The notes under the pieces were generated by a model that saw nothing but the letters and a program-made list of their open reading frames with translations, did no database searches and had not been told where the DNA came from. A stretch of DNA of 64,000 nucleotides from Microthyrium microscopicum (taxonomy: Eukaryota): NCBI GenBank assembly GCA_010405405.1, contig MU004232.1, positions 887,481 to 951,480 of the forward strand. Direction: 5' to 3'. Position 1 is the stretch's first letter. Each line of letters starts with the position of its first letter. This document shows positions 24,009-38,470 of this stretch, piece after piece. The translations under genes were made by a program, and so were the position numbers.

Positions 24009-26531
24009 CTTGGTAGAGTTGTGAGTGATAGTTGCTTGAAGTAATTGACGTTTATTTTGTGTCTGAGATTCTGGAAATTGAGTGTTTGTTTTTGATGAAG
24101 TTTGATGGGCTCAGAGATGTGGTTATTTTATAGACTTTCAAGCTGTGTACTCTTGGCCTTGAGTTCCAATTATATCTCATAATTCATGTGCTCATCTAGT
24201 CGAACACGATGATCTATTTGAGTAACATTCCTGTGTCGAAACAGCGGTCCAGAAGGAAAAGCTCGTATTCATGCCTAGAGATAATGTTGAAATCGTATTA
24301 TCCTAGATCAATCGGACCATGAAAGTTTGAAAAGACTCTAAGAAAAGAAGTTTCCAAGAGCTCAACTTTCTTGGCCCAGTTGTGCGAGTTGGTAGCTCAT
24401 GCCTTGTGATTGATTTTCACAACGACTAAGGTAATTGTGAGAGGCTACACAGCCTTGTCTAGGATGTTAAATCAAGGTCATTGAACAGCAGCAAGTGATC
24501 GTCTTGATTGGTCGACTGCTCCACGTAAATGACAGCCTTGTGCCTATCACAGAACACGATTCGCTTCTCCTTACATTAAACCGTTGGGCGTGTATGCTTG
24601 GCTCTTGGCTGCTACCAAGAATAGTCTTGATCTGCTACTTGGATGGGAATGTTTTTGCACTATTCACAGAAGGGAACTTCGTAGACGGGCGAGGTATGAC
24701 AGAGAGAGGTGGATTGATCGGTTCAGTGTAACTCTCTCCGCATTTCGACAGGTCTAGACTTTGGAGTCCGGCACGTTACACAAGCGAAGGTAAGCACAGA
24801 TGGGTCTATCCCTTGGTTACTTCGCGAGGCATCGAGGTCAATTCAGTGGACTGCAGCTTACGGGCGCTGTTATTTTATTTGGAGCTTCGGTGGTTGGTCT
24901 TTGTGCTGCCTGGGACACGTTCTCCAAAAGTTCTAGGAGCCTTCCAAACAGCTCTATAGAATAAGCTGGCAAGGACGCCTCTGGCCAGGGACCTTACTGC
25001 TCTGTTGATGAACACTTCAGTTTCTGAGGTTGATCGTGCCACGAAGCATCGAAGCTAGAGCAAAGAGCTTTTTATCATGTGCTTTTCACTTGTTTAGAGT
25101 TCAGCGGCAAGAGAGAATTATAGAATACGGTGGGAGTTAAAGTGCATGCTCAACATGAGGAAACATGGCAGATTTCGTGGATGTGACTGACGAGTACACG
25201 CCTTAATTCGTTCTATCAGCTGGCAGATGAGATTCTTATGTCGTTCTACGACATGATAGTACCTGCATACGTACTAGATACCTAGGTAAACAGTAACTAC
25301 CTCTCAAATATCTTGGAATTTGGTCACCCAGAAGCTGATCGTGCCTTTCAAGAACTGCTTGACAGAAGTCTCTGATAAAGCCGTCGGAAGAAGGCACGCT
25401 AGCTTTCTTGTCGACGACGTATCGAAGAACTAATCCATAGCCTTTACAAGGACTTGCGCACACATTTGACTAGAAAATCCTGTTCTTTCGGTCTGAAGCT
25501 ATTTGAACTGAATGACGTTCTACGATGCCCAAATAGGTCTCTCATCATCCTGGCATCTTACTTCGTAACTAGAACAGAAGCTCACTGTCTCGGTAATTTT
25601 ACTCGTGAGCCAGTACGGGTTCCCTAGCTCTCAGGATTGGAGGAAATGGTGCGAAGGCCCTTCTGCTGTTCGAAAGTACCCCTTCCGCACGTGCGACGGA
25701 GGGCGCCCAGCTTTTCTTCCAAAATGTGATATAATCCTTGATCAGGACTGAAGACACGACTAGTGTTCAGCAGCGGTTTTTGGATTCGACATAGACTTCT
25801 CTAGCAATGTTGTATGTATGGGAACTCTTACCTGTTTGAGCCACTCAGGATCACAAAGCACGCGACTTATATATGCTATGCTTTACCTGTAAAGCTTCAC
25901 CCACTTCCCACGAGCGAACAGACCGACCAGGCTTGGCATCAATACCTCTTGGGCATATCAGATCTCCAGAATCCGCCAAATCTTTGGAACCTATGAAACA
26001 TCTCGGTTCCATCAGAGCCTCGGCTCAGAACGCTCTTGAAAGCAGTTGTAGCATTGAATTACAATGGAGCAGAGAAAGGGCTGTCCATTATGGAGAAATC
26101 GGATTGTTCTGCCATTTCATTTGATGGAACATCCAGACAAATCCACGAGGAAAGTCTACTCTTCACCACCACAATTTCCAAGAATCTTAATATCTTTCTT
26201 GTACCATAATAAGCTACAATGGCGGTGAGCTCTGAAAATCGGAACCAACATATGAGCTGAAGCCTAGTATAGTGCTTACCTGTCCACCGACTCTGCTGAT
26301 TTGCATCACCACGTAGCACCTAAACCTTGAGACGTCTGGCTGACTTTGAACACAACCTCGCGCGCGACATAAACTACCTTCCAGTATTACTTCAGAGAAC
26401 ACTGCAGTATCTGGTTTCATAAGATCCTGAATACTGTATTTAACAACACTGATCCCCTTGACATTATCTAGAATATAAACATATTTAATAATTCAAAACT
26501 GAAAAGTAAAGAATCAAAGCAAGCATACAAT

Positions 26532-26989
26532 ATGAAGCTCTCCATTGCAACACTAGCCTGCACTATTCTCACAGCCGTTAATGCATACCCTGGCGTATAT
26601 CTCTGCACCGACAGTGGCTTCACAGGCACCTGCGTCCATATCGACCACAATCGACCCGGTACTTGCGGTAAGACTGTCCTCCAATAACTCCCCACGGACT
26701 ACTAACTTCAACAGCGCACCTTGGTGGTGATCTTGGCGGAAAAGTCAGCTCTGTTGGACCCGATAACAACGCTGGACGATGCTTGATGTTCACGTAAGTA
26801 GCACCACCAATTCACACCTCATGTATGATACGGCATGCTTGATAGTGTGTACTGAAACTTGGCTATTCTAGTGGCGGCGACTGCGACGGCGACAACTATT
26901 ATTCCATCTTCCCGGGTGATCCAGATTTGAGTACGCTCTATGGAGGGAAATATAACGATAGGATTTATAGCTTCAAATGTGGCGTTTAG
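26532..26989 (+). CDS. Small secreted beta/gamma-crystallin-like protein (110 aa), 3 exons
   Basis: Absent from the ORF track. Exons 26532-26667, 26715-26793 and 26872-26989 give MKLSIATLACTILTAVNAYPGVYLCTDSGFTGTCVHIDHNRPGTCAHLGGDLGGKVSSVGPDNNAGRCLMFTGGDCDGDNYYSIFPGDPDLSTLYGGKYNDRIYSFKCGV*. Canonical splice sites; TATAAA ~26474. Confidence 0.88.
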
Positions 26990-27474
26990 AGTCGCTGATC
27001 GGTTTCCGTTGAGAAGTAACTCATGATCCTAATAAAGAATCTACTATCTCATAACAATCTGTCTACTCTCTGGAAAAGCTTCATCCTGGCGATATTTGAG
27101 GACAAGTCAGATTTCCTCAGCTCATCTCCTTGACAAAATAAGTAGCAGACTCGCAATGAAATGCGGTGTCTCCCACTGCACTTTTTGATAAGCACAAAAG
27201 ATGGTATAAAGGTGAAATAGCGAAAGTTTTGATTGAATTTCAACTTATCCTCAAAGTTGATTTGTTACATTCGAGACAGGATATTACAGTTCATTCACAA
27301 GCCTAACTGCAACCATCTACATCATCCCTCATCCTAGATCCAATAACGCCCAAACCAACGGAAAAGCAACATTCACCCTAGCGCCATAAATATGCACGAG
27401 AAAAGCAACAATCGTTTTTATAACAACATTTCCAAGAAGAAACCGTTGAACCATCCTTCGTCACACTTGCCCCT

Positions 27475-28430
27475 TTACAAGATCTTGCACGCCTTTCTCG
27501 CCCTTTTCCGCTTCCCCTTGGTAACCACTTGTTGCCCACTGACATCTTGGTAGACATATTCGCCTTCAGACGTGGCTTGTACTATTGCCTCGTCGAAGAT
27601 ATCATCTACACCGATCCGTTCTTTGGCTGAGCACTCCATGTATGTGGCGCCCATTTTGGTGGCGACGGCTTGACCTTGTTCTGGTGTGACGGGGGTGAGG
27701 CCTTGGGTTTTGAGGAGTTCGATGCAGGTTTTCTTGTGGCGGAGGTCGGATTTCAGACCGCAGAGGATGAGAGGGGTTGTTGGACAAAAGTGCATCACTT
27801 CGGGATACCACTGTGACGTGTGTTAGTAAAGATCAATTTGACCCGGTCAAGGAGGAGAAGGAAGGGGAGTGGGGATATCGTACTTTGTCCATCACATTTT
27901 CGAGCGAGTTGGGACAGTCGATGGCGAAGCATACAAATAGTAGATCGGTTTCGGGGTAGCTGAGTGGTCGGAGTCGGTCATATTCTTCTTGGCCGGCGGT
28001 ATCCCAGAGGGCGAGTTCAACTGGTTTGCCGTTCTTGGGATGAGGAGTTACTGTGATGTAGTTCTCGAAGACTGTCGGTACATATTTCTGGAATTAGTTA
28101 GCCATTTTCGAGTCCTTTCTGATTGATAGATTATGATACCTCTGGGAAGTGTCCTTCGGCATAGCTGATCAACAGGCAGGTCTTGCCACAGCCGCCATCT
28201 CCAACTACGACGAGTTTCTTGGAATATGCCGGTGGTTCGGTGAGAGTCGTGTTGACTGTATCGTAGCCGGTAGAAGTAGTCATATCGCTGTCCACGGTGC
28301 CGTTGCTAACACGCTCGTGTGCAGGTCGACCTTGAGGCTTGCGGAAGGAGTCGCCGCGAGTAACGGGGTTGAGTGCTGAGTTCTTTCGACGAAGATAGTC
28401 ATAATTATTTGCAGTGCCGATAGAAGACAT
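27475..28430 (-). CDS. RHO4: Rho-family small GTPase Rho4, 3 exons
   Basis: N-terminal extension, [57 protein letters not shown], polybasic tail and CAAX box CKIL. Confidence 0.9.
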
Positions 28431-28990
28431 GTTTGCGAGTCGAGTTGTTTGCGATGCTGATGACGAATATTTCAAGGTGTGATGGCACCTCGCGCGAGGC
28501 GGGTTTGTGACGCTGGAAATATACAAACAGTAAACGAGAGGCGAGAGGCGAGATGCAAGCAGATGGAGTGATGTTTGTTCGGGCAGCAATACGTGTGTCG
28601 ATTTGATATGTTGCCTTGGCTCTGGGAGAGGAAGAGTGTCTTATCGAGAATACGTGGATTGCTTGCAGGTGCACCTCGTAATATCAGCTGGATGCTCTTT
28701 CCGATGTTGGGTATGGATGGTGGAGGCTCTTTCCGGTGTTTACCACGAGGTTGCGTGGGGCAACTGCCACTTTGAGCCCCAAAAGGCAGTCGCTAGCGGC
28801 TCTACCCCTGCAATGATCCGAAACTCTGGCCCCTTGCCTCTTCTGGCTTAGCCCCTTTCCAATCCATCTTCAATCTTCTTGTGAAACGTGGGTGTAAAAT
28901 GATAACCATCAGCTTCATTTATTCCACTTGACTGTCATTTCATATCACGCTCCTTTTCAAACTGGATCATACATCTGTGTTCATGTATTC

Positions 28991-30627
28991 ATGAGTCAAA
29001 AGCAGCAGGATGCCGGAACTAGGCATTACGATCATTGTAAGCCCCTATCATATTCTCCTATGCCCCTGATTCGGAATTCTATAGCTGATAATTATCTGAA
29101 GATGCCGCGACATTACCGAAATGGAGGTATATTCTCCGTCAGTGGGTTCTACCGCTTGTCAGAGCGGAAACCCCACCCTTAGCAAAGATGCAATCACTTG
29201 CTCGTGCTCCATTCTTGGACTCGTACTTTGCATTTGCTGCTAACCTTGGCACCCATACCTTTTTCATGATATTCCTGCCAGTTCTTTTCTGGTGTGGATA
29301 TAATGAATATGGAAGAGCATTGGTCAATCTTCTTGCAGCTGGTGTCATTGTATCGGGAATTATCAAAGATATATTGTGTCTACCACGACCAATGTCGCCG
29401 CCATTACAGCGAATCACCATGTCTGGATCTGCCGCGCTCGAGTATGGTTTTCCATCAACTCACACCACTAACGCCATGTCTGTGGCACTCTATGCGATCC
29501 ATATCCTGAACAGTGAAGCTGCCGAAGGTTTGTCCCCGACTGCACGGATGGCCTGGGTTTCGACACTCTATCTCTACGCATTTTCCATAGCCTTTGGCCG
29601 GCTATATTGTGGTATGCATGGCTTCACCGATGTCGTTGCCGGAGGGCTTCTTGGAGCCCTCATTACTCAAGTCCAAATCCATTTTGGCGAGAGACTCTAT
29701 CACTGGATCATTGATGGGTCAATACTACATCCATTGATATACATGCTCGTCCTATTCTTCACCATCAGAACCCATCCAGAGCCTGCCGACGACTGTCCCT
29801 GCTTCGACGATAGCGTCGCCTTCTCTGGCGTCCTCATCGGCGTCAACTGGTCATACTGGCGCATTCTCCAACCTCACGCCCTTCTCCGTCTTCTCCTCAC
29901 CCGCACCACTCTGGAAATACAAAATGCAGGCGTTCCCTTGATTTCCTGGCAAACTCTCATCCGCATTCCGCTCGGCGTCATCATCATCGTAGCCTACCGC
30001 TCAGTAACCAAACCACTCCTCCTCAGGGGCCTTCCACCCTTGTTTCGAGTCATCGAACATCTCGACCTGGACTTACCTCGTCGATACTTCCTGCGCGCCT
30101 CGCAGTACCGTACAGTCCCCCGTCTCCACCGCGACGACAACGTCCTCCCCAATCCCTCCGATGTCGGTCAAATGATCGGTGACGTACGACGACGCCGCGG
30201 TCGTGCAATCAGCATTGGACCGCAAAGTATGGCCGATGCACGCGAAGTCATCGCCTACCGCCGAGACGCGCGGCGACGAGAACGCAGTTTAAGCGCAGGT
30301 GGCACCACTCGCAATCCAGCACATACTGACGCTAGGAGCCGGGAGTCCAGCATAGAAGCCAGACTGCACCGACGCACCCTCTCAAATGAGTCAGCATTCT
30401 CACTAGCCTCTGCAGCAGAAGAGGACGAGGAGGAAGGCTCAGATGCAGAGGTAGCAGCGAATGAACGCGTGGCGATTTTCAGCGCTATACCGAGAATTCG
30501 GATCAGGTATGATGTGGAGGTCATCACGAAGTTGATCGTGTATACGGGTATTGGGTGGTGGGCTGTGGAAGGGTGCATTGTCGTCTTCGAATGTCTAGGC
30601 CTGGGGCCTGCGCGCGGGCTGATATAG
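28991..30627 (+). CDS. LCB3: Dihydrosphingosine-1-phosphate phosphatase (PAP2 family)
   Basis: KDILCLPRP, EYGFPSTH, GRLYCGMHGFTD, HPEPADDCPCFDDSVAF, YDVEVITKLIVYTGIG; first exon MSQKQQDAGTRHYDH, intron ~29037-29101. Confidence 0.93.
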
Positions 30628-32179
30628 AGGTCGCATGGCGGTTGAGACGATACTGCACTGTGCGTCGTGGATGGCCGTAGATGCAGTATGTGCATGGCAG
30701 TTGAATGCGCATTCTCTTGTCTACGTCAGTCACTGCAGGTTGCGCATGGAAGAGAAACTCCATAGCGTGGCTTTGACGACTACCGCGATCGTGGACCGCA
30801 TTGGTTCACTCGTTACTGCAGGGGGGAAACTGCCTCGTCAAGAATAGATTTCGCGACTAATGAAACACTTCTTACCAATGGTTTCACCTGCATCTTCTAA
30901 CATTTCATGATGGTCTTCTAGAAGGCCGCGAAGAAGTCAGCCACCAACAAATTTGATCGATCCAGCCAATCAGACCAAACATTTCACACCCTCGTACCTT
31001 TCACTTGTTTACATGTACAAAGTACTAAAATTATACAGAATCGCAGTATACGATCGATAGTCCTATGTACATCCAATGTCCATGCACAAATTGTTGTACG
31101 TGGTTCTCTCCGTCAAGAACATCCCATGATGTGTTTCAGGCCTGCTGACCCTTCACCAGTGAACTCTATGCCAACTACAAATGTTAAACCATGTAATTGG
31201 TACATTCGCTCTATGCTGGCTTAACAATCTTCACTTCTCCAAATTTAGAACTTCACTTCTCTCATTTCATTTCTGTCTGTTGCGACTGACATCATCGGCG
31301 CTCCTCTAGGCCAGACACGTCAGTCCCACGGCTTCCCCGACAGACCACAAGCAAGAGAATGTCTCATCCCGCTCAATATGTCGGACTTCAACCAGAACGA
31401 AGCTCTTCTTCTTCGGCTCGGCTGCAAAGCCGGGCTTAAAACGCTTGTTACGGATAGTTACTTGAGCAGCTGTCCGATCAAATCCGAGGCCTGCAATGGT
31501 TAGAGGACTTCAGCTCAGCAAAGTCCCAGCCGGTGGCAATCATTACATCGCGAGATGGCGTCGGTTGCTGAGCGGATCCTTATGAGTCCCCTCGGATACT
31601 GATGATAAAAGTGCTTGCCACAGCTACTTTTGCTTCTCCTGCCGGATCGCTGAATCGATACCTGGATTGAATGCGTAATATCAGCACATTTCCGAGCTCA
31701 GCAAACAGGACGCGTCAGCAATTTCCTGCAATTGATTTGTCCTATACTTCTTCCCGGGGTTCTGCTCGGATGTTGGCAGCAGAAATGTTTGCGCTTGAGG
31801 ATATCTGCACCTCTGCCCTCTCACAAGTTGTTCATCCGCACTCAGTGACGGAAACGCATCAACTTCCCCTGTCTTAGCAAGCGATTTCTGACAGATAATT
31901 GTGCATTTGATCGAATTGACACTGCTTTCTTCGGCTTCTTGCGAGTGAAGTGATTGCTCCAACGGATCTGACTTATCTTTCTGCCTAAAGCTTACCAGTT
32001 GTTGGTGGACTTGTGATTTTGGGGGAGAATCTGGTCTGAAGATCTGGATATTTAAATTGGGCTTATGAGCTGGTTTCTAGACTCGCATCTCCCATCCCCA
32101 AATCCAAATTTCAGCATCAATTCTTCCTATATATAATTTTCTTCAAGACTTTTTACCTCATGTGGATCTCTACTCAACC

Positions 32180-33870
32180 ACTTGGCAATGGGGACTACTT
32201 CAAAGACCTCTAACCTGATGCGACACCTTCTAAACCGACAACCATCAGGCTTCCGTTATCCCGAGCTGAAACAAACACTAGCTGCGCTTCGTAAAGTTTC
32301 CGAGAACTGCGCGACAGCAAAAAAATGTGGGCTATCCTTCCTCCATCTCACCAACAAATTCCGTTGCAGAACAAGGCACAGTTCAGCTCCATACGATACT
32401 TGTCACGGATGTTGATAGTTGCAATTCATCAAATGTCCAGCCCCTACAGTCGAACCGCCAAGTGCAAGGAACTGTTTCACAAACAGGATATCTTTCAAGT
32501 CTAACTATGGCGATATCGTCATTCGCTTCAACCAGTATCCTCGTGCTCGTGGTAAACACGTCCTTGCTCCGCACGACTTCAACCATATACCATGATCGCT
32601 CGTGGCTCCCCACGATGTTGTCTGACTTCAACCCTCCCATTTGACAATAATGGCGGAGAGGAGAACCCAGATGATGGCGGCGAGGAGGCTGCGGATGATA
32701 GCGGCGAGGAGGAAGCAGGATCCAGAAGATAGCGGCGACAATATATTCGCCCGCCCTTGTCGTTATATATACTCTTCTCTTTCTCGACGCAGGTGACTAT
32801 CTGCCAGAAACGCTCTTCCCTTCGCCTTTAGACGTTCTCTATCAAAGGCACACATCTTGTGCTGTCTCTTTATATATGCTCGGTGATTTCTGATAAGGTA
32901 TGGCGATGGATGGGCTTTTACAGTACGTATGAATGTTGAAGGCCTGATACTAGCGGCTAACGATTCTCTCTCCAGTCTCTTCATGCTAGGCTATCCGCAA
33001 TCAAGCCACGGTTCCAATGATTTGAGCTCGTCCGAATATGAACCTTCCATTACTATGGATAGTACTAAGAAAGGTTCCCCACCAACACAGCTAAGAATAC
33101 GTCTTCCCACAGGCACATACCGCGAGTCAACAAAGAGCGACCATGATAGGGAGTTTGAAGACTGGCCGATGTACCGTCGAAAATATGACAATTCCACATA
33201 CTCGCCCGCTGCACACATGGAGTGATCTTGTCGGACAGACGATGTCTCAGAAAGGTCAAATCTCAATTTGGGGGAGATCAAAAACCGCGAAGGTCTCTAT
33301 AGTGAATCTACCTCCACGACTCGCGGTCAACTTCGTCTGACCAGACTCGTCGGTGCCCACACCTCCGACTACTCCATGCTGTTCGTCGTGGTCACTATGC
33401 TACACAAAGACTACCATCTATGGGCAGTCGAAGAACGACCCATGAACCCGGTTGTGGCTGTAGTGTTCACGACAACAGGTGATGCCTGGGAGATTGTCGA
33501 AGGATGAGAAAAAATCCTTGTCAAACCAGAGAAAGATGATTATTTTGTCAGTCTGGCACCAAAACTCAATCGCCTTCTATCAGCCCATTCCAAGTGAGTT
33601 TGGGACCAAGACTCAGCAAATATGCCATCGCTGCGATGGCCCGGATGCGATGGACTTTTGCCTTCAACAACTCTGGACTACCCGGACGAGCAATTTCTGG
33701 TATTCTAAAGAGCAATTTTCATATATGATTAGCACACAACACGGGGCGACTTGAGGCAACTCGTTACAGTCAAAGGATCTCGAATCTGGTGCACGATTGG
33801 GATCCTTTTCGACCAAAGGAAAGATTTTGAGAGTGATTTTTGCGGTCAAGGTAGCACCCGTGGCTATCAC
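32180..33870 (+). pseudogene. Probable degenerate protein-coding gene (fragmented ORFs)
   Basis: Chain of same-strand protein-like fragments (acidic GGEE/DDSGEE repeats at ~32645-32740; ...LWAVEERPMNPVVAVVFTTTGDAWEIVEG*EKILVKPEKDDYF...) broken by stops and frameshifts with no clear introns to rescue them. Family not recognised. Confidence 0.35.
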
Positions 33871-36800
33871 CATCATCAATGGTGCTTGAGGCCGTTGAGA
33901 ATCACCGTAAATGGGCTGGCCTTGTTAGCAATGAATTTGACAATCAGACAATTGACCTCATCCACTACCTTGTCTGTCTTGACTCACGCAAAGATGAAAT
34001 GCTACATTTACTATCGCATACATAAGATCTTGAACAGGTTATGGAATGCTATAGTGCTTACAACAGTGCTTGTTAAGATGGTGTTTTGGCGGGCATGACG
34101 GCTCATAGGACAGACATCCCCATCGCTCGCTTTGATTTTCTCAAAGAGAAGTTAGCGGTGTGTCCTGAGCTTGACGACTTATGTAGTTGATGAATTGAAC
34201 ACAAGCAGTTTGTTTTGAATTCGTATTGGTCCATGTGCTTATGTGTATTGCTTCCAATAATTCGCTAGAAGTTTGAATGACTGATAAGTATCACGACACA
34301 CCTGGTACAAATTTCTACAATTATCTGCCGCCAGAATGTTGATTATCAGGACTGAGTAAGTACACCCAATAAGCTCGAATAGTTTGGTGAAGCTTTAGGT
34401 AGATCCTTACGCTTGTTTGACTGTCAAGACTGTCCAATCAAAGTACAATTGCAATATGACTGCCTTAAGGTTTTGCTGCCAGCCTGTTTTTAAAATCCGA
34501 CAACGTCTTTTCGTTTCTAAATCATGGCAAATCGTCTCCCATCCTGAAATATAGTTTATGCCAAGATAGCCTGTTTGGCAGTGGTTGAGCGACGTACCCA
34601 AGGTAACTTCGAGTCAAGCGGATCAGAGCATACCACTGGGACAGAAGTGGGACCTAAACTGCGACTTTTGTCTCGGCTGCCTATCTTTGGCCTGCAGATA
34701 ACCAAGGCGGTGCTGGTCTGCATGATGTGAAGACATGGTGACCTGGCCCTCGCACCGAGATTTTCAATATCACAATGTCCGAATGACTCAGTACGTCAGT
34801 TTCGGCGTGAACAGCAAGTGATTCAAACTTGTTGAGCCCTAGAACCAGTAAGGTCATGGTAGCTTCACTCAGCAGATAGTGACATCTGTCATTGTCAGAT
34901 TTGCTGCCATGCAACTGGGATACAGTTCTCCGCCTTCGGCATCCAAATTGGCAAGGTATTCGGTATGCCCGTTCCTTCACAGCCACGATTTGAGTACTAG
35001 GGGTGCTAATCTTAGTTTATGGATGGTCGTCATCGAATCCTTCCGCTTTGCGTATGTGCATGAACTCATGGCACCTGCGTAGGCAGTCTAACATCTCTAA
35101 TTATGGCTGTGTTGAGGAACTGCCTCTAGTGGAGCTGGCTTCATTTCCTACTCGTCCGAGAGAGATGAGGCTAGCCTCAAGACAATCGATCTATCGAATA
35201 GCAAGACAGAGGTAGAGCAGAATCAGTGAAGCGAAGTGTAGCGAACTATTCGAAGAAATGCAAGGCAGTTAGCGAGATCACAACGCCATTAATGCAAACC
35301 CTGTAACCCACTTTGGATCTAGTTACTTTTCAAATCAAATCCACGCGACAGAGATTGCCTTGTCCAATTGGTCCTGATGGGATACACAGACTGCGCCTTT
35401 ACCAAGACAGCAGATGCTAAAGAAGTATACGTTGTGGCGTCATAGCCTCGCAAGCTCTTCACAGTCATCCCCAACCTATCGATATATTCCTCCTCACACT
35501 TACTGGAGCAATGCGGGGAATCTTTTCAGAATGTGTGATATATGCAAAGGTGAAACTATTACAAGGCTCACATCCCGCAAAGCGTATATCACATATGCCC
35601 CAGTCAAAATAGGACACGCAACAAGGGTGCCAACAAAAGTCCATTCTGGGGCATTTTCTGGCATCTGAGATCGCTCCAAGCATAAAGCCGCCTTTTACCT
35701 CCAACTGTTGGTGGCGCTTTTGCCGTTGTCAGGTTCGGTGTGACCGCGCTGGCCACGTCCACAACAATGCTGTCTGAAGACCTCACTGACGACCAGCTCT
35801 CGCTAAAGTCCCTAAATTGAGAAATTGCAAATTGCCCAAATTCGGCATTTGGAACAAGAGCTGAATCCTACAGTAACCAAGTCGAGAAAGCTTGCCAAAA
35901 ATGGCGGACATTAGAATGCAATAAAAGTCACACAATTAGCCTCCTTTCACAATGCATTCAGCCAATCACAGGTACAGCTAAACCCTGCAAGGCTGAATAT
36001 TGCCTGTTTCGATACGCGCCGAGGCTGATATTGGTTGACGAAGGCCCTAAATTTTATCCAATCATTCTACGCCCATTTTTTCTAGTTCTTATATCCTACT
36101 GTCTCTCATTCAGCCTAATTCATGCGCATTGCTCAGCAAGAACCCCAACCACCCCGGAGAGTTCTGATTGACCCTTCTCCCGCGTCCATTTTAGCTTCAA
36201 GCCATGAGCCAATGTGGCGTTCCCACGTTCTTGGGTCATGGTGGCGCGCCATGGCAAGATAGCTCCCTCGGAACGTTGCGGGATTTCAATCCGATGCATT
36301 TGAAGGCTTCGTTCATTGGTGCGAAGATCCTCGGGCCCACTGAGACAGACGCAATCGAGTTAGGTTCTTGATGAATTCCAGCAGCATGGAAAATGAGGTT
36401 GTTTTGGTAGACGACACGATCGCTACACAGTCTACACTGGTCTTTTTTGAGCCGTGTGTTAGTGGTATTAGTGTCAATGCAGCCAATTTGGCGCGACGAG
36501 GCTGGCACAACTTCGACTTGAGTAGCCGCTTCTACCCAATGGGGGAAATATAGAAAGTGTTGAGGAATCAACCAAGCCACAATCTCGTTGTCTTGCAGGT
36601 AACTCCAGTCATGTGAATTTACCGCCCATAGACCAGAAAACCCGCGTATATTCGGACTCATGGGAGAAGTTAGGCCTGTAATCTAACTTTGCAAGGCGTC
36701 AACAAATTCCTGCTTCATTAACAACATCTTTTGCGAAAGGGGCATGCAGATTATATCAAGCGGATTCAATACTGAGCTCCAATAATCCGCGCGTATATTA

Positions 36801-38470
36801 ATGAAATGACACCATAATTTGTCGCGCGACTATACTCTGATCCTTTTGATTCGCTTGTAGGTTTACGTTGATCCAACTGCCCTTAAACTAGGAGTAACAA
36901 GACCGGGATGATGAATGCCATCAACGACACATCCTCGATCGTCCCCTGGGACCATGAAATATCCGTCCACTCATGGAACAGTTCATACTGTTATCGAGCA
37001 TGTTTACAGTCAACCTGTCATATTCTGATTCCTGGCAGCATGCGCCTTGCGTCCCAACCAAATGTGGTCACCATAGGCAACTCGTAGATTGAGGTACTAA
37101 TCTATTCTCTTTTACATAGGCTACTATTGGTGTGTAGCCTAGCGGTTCCTCCCGTAGAAGCAGTAACTCCTTGTCGCACAGAGATCAATCTCTCTCATCG
37201 GCCGCGGTGTCTAGACGCTTGGGCCGACTTTCCGGTCCTCTCTGAGTATGCAAACATCCGACGTGCAGCTGCCCTTGTCAGGTGAACAGCCATTCAACAT
37301 CTCGTGAGGCTGGCTCTGCATTCAAACTGGGCTGAGAACCCTCCACCCTGGTCCTTGACGTGGAGGTCAAGCTGTCGCCAATTGGCCTTGAGAAACAACT
37401 ACGAAGGATGATAGGATACATCCACCCTGATCGACGAATTTCACAAGGGTTAATAGGCGAAAAGAATCCTACGATCGACAAGCGAGTGATGTTCCCGACC
37501 GCGACAGACGTTGAGTGTGTGAGCTCTAAGCAACATACTCTACAAGCGTGCAAGTATCTTCTTTTCTCTTTCCGCAGCGTATATTGCGTGACCCATAGAA
37601 AAGTAGATTGCCCCCGGTTTTGTTTTAGGTCTTGGTGGCTGGAAAGAGGCTCATACTGTCGGAGCTTTTCCAACCGCGCGACAAAATAGGCCTTGTGCAT
37701 ATCTCCAGGCATTGGCTTCGAGGTGTCAAAGGGCAGGAGCCAGGTGCTGGTCAGGTTGCAGATTTCATATACGCATCCAATATTTAATAACTCAAAATTG
37801 AAAAGCTGGCGGTGATTGGCTTCCTTCATCCCCAACTAGAATGGTTTTATTCGAGCAGGGAAGCTGATAGCTTTAGTGACTGTATGCTAGCACGGACATG
37901 GAGGAAGCTGGCTGAAGATCGCAAAGCCACCATGAAAACACAGAGTTCGTGAGATCTCGAAGCCTTAGGCTAGGTAGGATGCTGGCCACTGCCTGTTGGT
38001 AGAGCTGGTATGTTGCACTTGTTCAGACATTGCAATATCGAGAATCCGCCCACATCATGACCGCCGAATCCTACGTATGAATTGTCGTAATCCAGAGATT
38101 ATCAGAGAACGATGAAGGAATTTTATGTATTAGCCTAATTTGTTTAGGCTCGTGTGATGTGCTAGATGTCTTAATATGCTACTCTATTGACAAGTGATCC
38201 ATTTGCGCCGCTCAAGCATTACGTATCACGAGTCCTATCCTATACTCATTTAATGCTTCATGTTATACATGTGTAATGAAAAATAGACAAAATAACGTTG
38301 CTATGCAACGTAGCCTGATAGACATGCCGGTAAAGACTGGTTTTGATGCAAACATGTATTATGCTGATAACGCTCGCTGTTGGCATCCTGAGATGTTACA
38401 AATTCGGGTATATTTAGATTGAATGAAAGTCATAACGTCGTTGAGATTCATCTTCGTGCGTTAAATATTG

